DNA of 64,000 bases, from positions 13,085-77,084 of the forward strand of contig DASYCE010000016.1 in assembly GCA_036500345.1 (NCBI GenBank), given 5' to 3'. Positions 57,337 through 64,000 of this stretch are shown piece by piece (the stretch's first letter is position 1; every line of letters begins with the position of its first letter). The position numbers and the translations under genes were made by a program. The notes beneath the pieces were generated by a model. It was given only the letters and a program-made list of their open reading frames with translations, did not search any database and was not told the DNA's origin. Source of the DNA: Gemmatimonadales bacterium (GTDB taxonomy: Bacteria; Gemmatimonadota; Gemmatimonadetes; Gemmatimonadales; GWC2-71-9).

Positions 57337-59169
57337 CTATCGGACGAGGATTTCCGTACCTTGAACTCGTTCCAATCCTGCGCTCTTCACACTGAATTCC
57401 AGCAGGTAGCGCCCCGAATGGATATGAGAAAGATCCAGTCCCTTATGGACCCCGGCGAGCCCAGTGGGGAGCGTCATCGGGAAGACGATCTGAATGGCCG
57501 CGTGGTCGGCCCGCTTGCCGTGGTCGACCCGGTAAGCTCGAAAGGTGGCCGTCGCGGAGCCGAGCTGTTGCTCCGTTCGCACCTGCACGAAGAGGTCGAC
57601 CGCCTCCTTACGGTCGATCGACCCCAGAGGGGCGAGCACGACCGAGTCGTCACCGGATGTCCACGCAAGATGTTGCGAAGCCTGGCCGACCACGATATCG
57701 GAGAGTGCCAAAGGACCCTCGCGAATCGGCGGATCCGCGTGATCGAGAATTCCCCGTCGCGCTGCAGACTGCGTCACCGCCACCGCCCAGTCGCTCGCGT
57801 TCTCACGACGCGGAAGTACCACCACTTCCTCCAGGGCACCTTCCCGTTTTTCCGGGACGGGGCGACGACGAATAAACGTAGTGTCAGTCCACGCACCACT
57901 CGCTCCGTCCCGCTCCCGAAAGTGCAGCACAAGCTGCACGAACTGGTCGGAGAAACCTGAGGGCGCCAACCCGCTCACCGCGACCGCGTCCGTCAAGACC
58001 GAAATCGGAAGACCCTGCGAGTCCCACAACCGGAAACGGGACGCTGCGATCGGGATCTCGTGGATTTCGGGATCGAGAACTGGCGCGCATGGCGGGCGGG
58101 GCATCGGGCGAGCCGAGGACCCCGCCTGGTTCGGCGGAACGAACAATGGCCCCCAGTTGGCGTACGACTGGGTGCAGGACCGGAAGGCACCGCGTGCATA
58201 CGTCACAACGAAGAAGTGATGGCCAAGGACAGCAGCGATCGGTTCGTGCGCGATTTGCGCCGCGTTCTGCAGTCTCCTGTCCACCCATCGCAGGCGCCGA
58301 ACGCTATCCGACTGCGACATCCAGTCGGCTGTGAGGCCGGAGTCCATTGCCGCCAGAACAAATGGTGGACCCCGTCCGCGGCCAATGTCGACCGTCCGGC
58401 TCCGGAAATCGAGGTGCCAGGCAACCTCTCGTCGTGATTGTTTGTCGTGCGCGGCAGCGACGGCTCCCCGAAAATCCTCGCTACCGCCAATTGAATCGGC
58501 GAGATGGAACGCAATGTAGGCGAGCCGGAGGAGGTGCCACGTTGAATCGGCGCCATTTGCGAGTGCCCGACTGCTGCATTCCCGCGCGCCGAGAAAGTCC
58601 CCGGCTTGGAGCAACATGCTGCTGCAGGCTCGATATGCTCCGGAATCGGCGACGCCGGCTACGACCGACTGAAAGAGCTGGTTGCCGATCGGCCCCGGTT
58701 GCTGACCAGTGAGATACCGGGCCCCGTCTGGAAACACCGCGTTGGTGTCGGCCCGGACCGCAACGGGAGCGAGTTCCGCAAGAAGCTTGACCGCGGCGAG
58801 GTAACGCGGTTGGCTTCGGATGGCGGTCATCAGGAGCGTGATCGCACCGTCGATGCTCCGCGTGCCGAGAGGCATGAGGAACCCCTGCTGCGCGACGACA
58901 TTGCGCGTCGCCTCCGTCGCCCGCACGCAAGCGAGATGGACGGCGGCAGAATCCCAAGACGCATCCCGCTGTGAGCGTTCGAGCCGGGATGACAGGGAGA
59001 GTTCCACCTCCTGCAGCTTCGACGCTGGCAACTGCTCGGCGGGGCAGAGCCGCGCAACGTCTGCCGCCAACGCCGCCAAGCTGTCGCGGATTGGCGCGAG
59101 AACCGGCGGCGTGGAGGGGTGTGCTGCGAGCAGATTGATCAGCGACAGAAACGTGAGCATTCGCAACAA
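57337..59169 (-). CDS. large secreted hypothetical protein (helical N-part, beta-sandwich C-domain; GWxTD-family-like architecture)
   Basis: Signal-like N-terminus; C-domain homologous to the 25972-26454 fragment. Confidence 0.65.
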   Translation of the reverse strand: MLRMLTFLSLINLLAAHPSTPPVLAPIRDSLAALAADVARLCPAEQLPASKLQEVELSLSSRLERSQRDASWDSAAVHLACVRATEATRNVVAQQGFLMPLGTRSIDGAITLLMTAIRSQPRYLAAVKLLAELAPVAVRADTNAVFPDGARYLTGQQPGPIGNQLFQSVVAGVADSGAYRACSSMLLQAGDFLGARECSSRALANGADSTWHLLRLAYIAFHLADSIGGSEDFRGAVAAAHDKQSRREVAWHLDFRSRTVDIGRGRGPPFVLAAMDSGLTADWMSQSDSVRRLRWVDRRLQNAAQIAHEPIAAVLGHHFFVVTYARGAFRSCTQSYANWGPLFVPPNQAGSSARPMPRPPCAPVLDPEIHEIPIAASRFRLWDSQGLPISVLTDAVAVSGLAPSGFSDQFVQLVLHFRERDGASGAWTDTTFIRRRPVPEKREGALEEVVVLPRRENASDWAVAVTQSAARRGILDHADPPIREGPLALSDIVVGQASQHLAWTSGDDSVVLAPLGSIDRKEAVDLFVQVRTEQQLGSATATFRAYRVDHGKRADHAAIQIVFPMTLPTGLAGVHKGLDLSHIHSGRYLLEFSVKSAGLERVQGTEILVR

Positions 59170-59338
59170 CTCAACCGTTCAAGACAATACACCTTCGCCA
59201 ACGGGCACCGCGCGCTGCCGATGTGAGCCAGCAACAGATGATAGCACTTATTCGACCAATTTCGCTGGCGTTGTCGCACTCGACCAATTCATAGTACAGG
59301 AAATTGCATTCGGTGCCGCGGTGTCCGTTGCTCGACGT

Positions 59339-59623
59339 TCACTGAACTGGTTCCGAGGTAAAATGGCAGAACACCTCGGCGTTTGGACAATCATCGGATT
59401 CGCCGCAGAACGAGTCGTCAATGCCCGGAAAGTTGCGGCAGCTGGAGAAAGCACGTTGTGTGCAAATCCGCCACGAATCCTGCTGTCCATCGCATTCATC
59501 AGCACAGGCGAAGTACCAACCGTCCGGGCAGTTCGCAAGTTCAGCATGGGCGGCGCGCGAGCCAGCAAGCGCCATCGTTGTCACGGCACACGCTATTGCA
59601 ATTATCCGCTGTTTCCTGGTCAT
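59339..59623 (-). CDS. secreted cysteine-rich miniprotein (8 Cys in 67-aa mature part)
   Basis: RBS AAGGAGG; signal peptide ending AHA. Confidence 0.75.
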   Translation of the reverse strand: MTRKQRIIAIACAVTTMALAGSRAAHAELANCPDGWYFACADECDGQQDSWRICTQRAFSSCRNFPGIDDSFCGESDDCPNAEVFCHFTSEPVQ

Positions 59624-59662
59624 GTACGTCCTCCTTGTTGTGAGGAATTGGGTGCAACCCTG

Positions 59663-60334
59663 TTATCGAGCCAGATGAAGCGCATCTTTGACCATTCGTT
59701 CAAGCGTCGCGCTGTCTGGAACCCCGGTTAGGCGGAGCTGATTGACCAAGATTGTCGGGGTTCCACGCCCGCCTAACGCTCTCGCGGCAATGGAATCCCG
59801 CGCAACCGCTGCGATAGGTGAGGCAGCTCGATTGCAAAGGTTGAACGCAGCGGTATCTGCCACACCTGCGTCTGTGGCATAGCTGGAAAACGGCTTGATA
59901 CCGAGCGAGTCCTGCTTGGCATAGAGCAAATCGTGCATGGCCTCGAACCGACCTTGCGCGCTCGCACACTCAGCGGCGCGGGCACTTGGTATAGCGAAGC
60001 GGTGGTACGGAAGGGGCCAGTGACGAAATACCAGCGAAACGGACGTCGGAAACTCCGCTCGAATCGCTCGAATCACTGGTTCGAAGTGGCGGCACGCAGG
60101 GCACTCAAAATCGCCGAACTCGACAATCGTTACGGGTGCGCTAGAAGGACCAAATCGATGACCGACTGCGCTGAATGAAGCCCAATTGGACACCGCAACG
60201 GGAGCTCCAGATTGGGGAAGCTGACCAGATGCCTGCTGAGCGTGATCGCGAATTGTGTAACCAGATGCGATGATCGCAGAAAGTACACACAGGGCTACGA
60301 CTACGTTTGAAACCACTTCTCGGACGCGCGCCAT
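59663..60334 (-). CDS. DsbA family thiol-disulfide oxidoreductase
   Basis: N-terminal TM, VEFGDFECPAC, cis-Pro GTPT. Confidence 0.9.
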   Translation of the reverse strand: MARVREVVSNVVVALCVLSAIIASGYTIRDHAQQASGQLPQSGAPVAVSNWASFSAVGHRFGPSSAPVTIVEFGDFECPACRHFEPVIRAIRAEFPTSVSLVFRHWPLPYHRFAIPSARAAECASAQGRFEAMHDLLYAKQDSLGIKPFSSYATDAGVADTAAFNLCNRAASPIAAVARDSIAARALGGRGTPTILVNQLRLTGVPDSATLERMVKDALHLAR

Positions 60335-60343
60335 GGGCTCCTC

Positions 60344-61018
60344 CTACGGATCCGGCAAATAGGGCTCAATACTGACCGTTGAACTGTCATCCGTTACCGC
60401 GCAACGAATTGAAATGTCCGCTCGTTTGAAGATGGCCTTCACCCGATCCTTGGCCCGCTTTACGGCTCGCCGTTGCTCGCCGATTCCCAAGCTCAGGATG
60501 CCTAACACGGCAGCGAACATTGTTGTATTGCGTATACCACGTGCAATCATGGCCGCAATGGCACGATCCATCTCGCTGAGTTCTAGGTGCCGCGTATCGC
60601 GGTAAATCGAGCCGGGATTGATTGATGAATTGTCTCTCTCAACCTTCCCCGCCGCCCCACAAAGTTCGACAACTCTTCTTTCGGACGCCCGGTTCCTGGT
60701 AAGCGTGTCTTGCGCAAACACGGCTTCGCGGCGCGCCCGCCGCCTTTCAGCTCGCTCAAGATTCTTCAGGTTTCGCCACGCTGCAAGCTGCAAGTGTGCG
60801 AAGACTTCGCGCCCCGTCGTGGCGCGCGCGGCGCTGGGGCGCGCAAGGTAAGCGATCACCGCGTCGTCGACAGCATCGACTATCGCCTGAGCATCCGCTC
60901 TCGGGTTCCGCGATTTCATGTACACGAGGAGACGATCGAGGGTAAGGGCAGCGATTGCCTCCGCGGCCTCCGTCAAGTCGCCCCCCAGCAAGCGCGCATG
61001 CTGCGCCCCTAGATCCAT
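60344..61018 (-). CDS. divergent sigma70/ECF-like protein
   Basis: Region-2-like DAVDDA..AYL...HLQLAAWRNL; region-4-like FAAVLGI...VKRAKDRVK. Confidence 0.55.
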   Translation of the reverse strand: MDLGAQHARLLGGDLTEAAEAIAALTLDRLLVYMKSRNPRADAQAIVDAVDDAVIAYLARPSAARATTGREVFAHLQLAAWRNLKNLERAERRRARREAVFAQDTLTRNRASERRVVELCGAAGKVERDNSSINPGSIYRDTRHLELSEMDRAIAAMIARGIRNTTMFAAVLGILSLGIGEQRRAVKRAKDRVKAIFKRADISIRCAVTDDSSTVSIEPYLPDP

Positions 61019-61494
61019 CAAGAATGAGGACCGAATACGGCGCCCCGATTTCTGGTCAGCGGAGAGCACTTATGCAATTGACTTACCGCCCGCTGCGAAA
61101 CCTGTCAAGCCGGTGGGCAGTCGAGAACAAGCCAGTCGCCGGAACAATCGTGCACGAGGGCGCCGGGCATCGTCCCGCAGCCAGCAAAGCGAAGCGCTGG
61201 CGACATTCACAGGCTAGAGGCGTGCAGCGCACCATCGGTCACAGCCGATACGTTGATTCTCTCCGGGAAACCAATCGTGCTAAGGACCAACACGCGGAAT
61301 AGGCTCTCCTGAACGAAGTCAGGAATTCTCCTCGCACAATGTCGCGCGCGACCGACATCTTGGCTGCCAGTCGACCCGTTGCTTCGCTTCGCCAAGGATG
61401 CGCCTGGGCCCGGAGTACCGACGCCGCCCTCGCGCCGGGCGCCACGCCGGGTTTCATTTCGTCCCGACACGCCCACCCGATCCCCGACGGAGCC

Positions 61495-62496
61495 GTGCCC
61501 GAGATACGCGCCGCGCTGCAGCAGGCCCTGGAACCGACGCATACGCTGGAGCGCGAGCTCACCGGCGGCGGGATGGCGACGGTCTTTGTCGCGCGCGAGA
61601 ACGCCCTCAACCGGCAAGTCGTGATCAAGGTGCTTCCGCCGGAACTCGCCGCCGAGGTGTCGGTGGAGCGGTTCCGGCGCGAGATCCTCATGTCGGCGGC
61701 GCTGCAGCATCCGCACATCGTTCCCGTCATCTCGGCCGGCGAAGTCGGCGGGCTGCCGTACTTCATCATGCCGTTCATCGACGGCGAATCGCTGCGCACC
61801 CGCCTCACCCGCGGGCCGCTGGCGGTGCGGGAGACGGTCGGTGTCCTCAAGGATGTGTCGCGCGCGCTGATCTACGCACATGGCCGCGACGTGGTCCACC
61901 GCGACATCAAGCCGGACAATATCCTGATCACGGGCGGCTCGGCGGTGGTGACCGACTTCGGGGTCGCAAAGGCGATCAGCGCGTCATCGCGCTCGGCGCG
62001 TGGCGGCCGGCAGATCACGCCTGGAGGATCGCCGGCGGCGATCACCGCGCACGGGATCGCGATCGGCACACCGGCATACATGGCGCCCGAACAAGCCGCC
62101 GGCGATCCGGCGACAGATCATCGCGCCGATCTCTATGCCCTGGGAATCGTTGCGTGGGAGATGCTGGCCGGGACGGCGCCGTTCCACGGGATCTCGCCGC
62201 AGCAGGTGATGGCATCGCAGCTCACCGCGCGTCCGGCGCCGATCGGATCGCGCCGCTACGACGTGCCGAAGGCGCTCGCCGCGATCGTCGATCAATTGCT
62301 CGCCAAGGAACCGAAGGACCGGCCGAAGAGCGCTGCCGATGTCGTGCGGATGCTCGACAACCCCGCGGTGGTGAGCGGGAACTTCGCCGCGGCACCAAGG
62401 AACCGGGTGCAGCAGGCGAAGCGCGCGGGAGTCGTGGCGATGCTCATCGCCGCGATCGCCGCGGTGCTGTATTTCGTGTTGCGGGGGAAGCGGTAG
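61495..62496 (+). CDS. serine/threonine protein kinase with C-terminal TM helix
   Basis: GGGMATV, VIK, HRDIKPDN, DFG, GTPAYMAPEQ. Confidence 0.95.
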   Translation: MPEIRAALQQALEPTHTLERELTGGGMATVFVARENALNRQVVIKVLPPELAAEVSVERFRREILMSAALQHPHIVPVISAGEVGGLPYFIMPFIDGESLRTRLTRGPLAVRETVGVLKDVSRALIYAHGRDVVHRDIKPDNILITGGSAVVTDFGVAKAISASSRSARGGRQITPGGSPAAITAHGIAIGTPAYMAPEQAAGDPATDHRADLYALGIVAWEMLAGTAPFHGISPQQVMASQLTARPAPIGSRRYDVPKALAAIVDQLLAKEPKDRPKSAADVVRMLDNPAVVSGNFAAAPRNRVQQAKRAGVVAMLIAAIAAVLYFVLRGKR

Positions 62497-63873
62497 CTAG
62501 AGGATGTACTTCCGCAGGTCGTCGTTCTGCACCACCGACGCAAGCTTCTCCCTCACTGCCGCCGCATCGATCACGATCTTTCGCTCCGACCCATCGGGCA
62601 AGCTGAAGAGCAGCTCCTCGACCAGGGTCGACATCACCGTGTGCAGCCGCCGAGCGCCGATGTTCTCCATCCGGTCGTTGGCGATCCACGCCGTTCGCGC
62701 GATCTCGTCGATTGCGTCGTCCGTGAAGGCGAGCTCGCATTTCTCCGCCGCGACGAGCGCACTGTATTGACGCGTCAATGCATTCTCGGGCTCGGTGAGG
62801 ATGCGGATGAAATCCTTCTCGGTGAGCGGCTCCAGCTCGACGCGGATCGGGAAGCGCCCCTGCAACTCGGGGATCAGGTCCGACGGCTTCGACACATGGA
62901 ATGCACCGGCGGCGACGAAGAGGACGTGGTCGGTGCGGACGTAGCCGTAGCGGGTCTGCACCGTCGATCCCTCGACGATCGGCAGCAGGTCGCGCTGCAC
63001 TCCTTCGCGTGAGACATCGGGCCCGCTCGGATTCCGCTCGCCGGCGATCTTGTCGATCTCGTCGATGAAGATGATACCGTGGTTCTCGACGCGGTCGAGC
63101 GCCTCGTTCACCGTCTCGTCCATGTCGACGAGCTTGCGGAGTTCCTCGTCCTCGAGGATCCGACGGGCCTCCGGGATGCGGGCGCTGCGCCGCTTCTTCT
63201 TGCGCGGCAGCATCTCCATCAGCCATTCGCTGAAGGCCGAATCGACCTCCATCATCCCCGGCGGCTGCGAGCTCTCGGGCGACGGATAATTCATCGGCGT
63301 CACCTCGATCTCGACCTCGCGCTCGTCGAGTTTCCCTTCGAGGAGCTGCTCGCGAAGTTTCTCGCGCGATTCCTTGCGGCGCTGGCGCAGCGCGGGATCG
63401 TTCTCCTCCGCCTCGACCTTGGGCAGGAGCAGATCGAGAATGCGTTCGATCGCCTGCGCCTCGGCCTTCGGCCAGACCTCATCTTCGCGCTCGGCACGCA
63501 CCAGCGAGATCGCGGCGTCGACCAGGTCGCGCACCATCGACTCGACATCGCGCCCGACGTACCCGACCTCGGTGAACTTCGACGCCTCGACCTTGACGAA
63601 TGGTGCGCCGGCAAGGCGCGCGAGCCGACGCGCGATCTCGGTCTTCCCTACCCCGGTCGGTCCGATCAGGATGATGTTGCTCGGCGTGATCTCATCGCGG
63701 ATGTTCTCCGGCGCCTGCGAGCGCCGCCAGCGATTGCGGATCGCGATCGCGATCGCCTTCTTCGCCGCCCCCTGGCCGACGATGTAGCGATCGAGCTCGG
63801 CGACGATCTGGCGCGGCGGGAGCTCCTCGAGCCAGGGGAGTGCCGGCGGTTGTGCCTCGGTAGGTGCGGTCAT
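62497..63873 (-). CDS. hslU: ATP-dependent protease ATPase subunit HslU
   Basis: GPTGVGKTE, KFTEVGYVGRD, DVSREGVQRDLLP, NIGARRL, DLRKYIL. Confidence 0.97.
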   Translation of the reverse strand: MTAPTEAQPPALPWLEELPPRQIVAELDRYIVGQGAAKKAIAIAIRNRWRRSQAPENIRDEITPSNIILIGPTGVGKTEIARRLARLAGAPFVKVEASKFTEVGYVGRDVESMVRDLVDAAISLVRAEREDEVWPKAEAQAIERILDLLLPKVEAEENDPALRQRRKESREKLREQLLEGKLDEREVEIEVTPMNYPSPESSQPPGMMEVDSAFSEWLMEMLPRKKKRRSARIPEARRILEDEELRKLVDMDETVNEALDRVENHGIIFIDEIDKIAGERNPSGPDVSREGVQRDLLPIVEGSTVQTRYGYVRTDHVLFVAAGAFHVSKPSDLIPELQGRFPIRVELEPLTEKDFIRILTEPENALTRQYSALVAAEKCELAFTDDAIDEIARTAWIANDRMENIGARRLHTVMSTLVEELLFSLPDGSERKIVIDAAAVREKLASVVQNDDLRKYIL

Positions 63874-64000
63874 GCCGAGGCAGGCAGTTCGAGGACGGTG
63901 ATGTTGGCGTTGGTGAAGACGCAGATCTCAGCGGCGATCGCGAGCGACCGCTCGACGATGGCACGCGCGCTGAGACGATCGTCGGGATAGAGCGCGCGCG
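63870..64000 (-). CDS. hslV: ATP-dependent protease subunit HslV, C-terminal end
   Basis: SLAIAAEICVFTNANITVLEL, overlapping the hslU start. Confidence 0.9.
   Translation of the reverse strand, partial: RALYPDDRLSARAIVERSLAIAAEICVFTNANITVLELPASA

Overview
High-GC bacterial DNA. Gene content (ADOP permease, repeated 6-bladed beta-propellers, style of the hypothetical proteins) suggests Gemmatimonadota; this is an inference. Housekeeping genes: the 5' end of a type III glutamine synthetase, a split ATP synthase operon (atpZ/I-B-E-F-H with no alpha/gamma/beta/epsilon), moxR, mog, argF and hslUV. Between these lie accessory segments: a 21-bp-period repeat tract, fic, an orphan higA, paralogous secreted glycine-zipper proteins and lipoproteins, a lower-GC defence-like island (fused restriction-methylase, HEPN-like and LRAT-like genes), an arsenic cluster bracketed by two ~115-bp palindromic elements, and a sugar-oxidation operon. 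The strongest candidates for undescribed systems are: (1) a c-di-GMP locus in which an unannotated 24-aa peptide gene (ending QGWG) sits directly before a multi-pass membrane HD-GYP phosphodiesterase, downstream of a degenerate [FeFe]-hydrogenase-like GGDEF cyclase; (2) an NYN nuclease gene preceded by promoter, structured RNA and intrinsic terminator, a layout like type III toxin-antitoxin systems; (3) a secreted 8-Cys miniprotein co-located with DsbA, a sigma-like regulator and a beta-propeller. All assignments come from reading motifs by eye; no searches were run.
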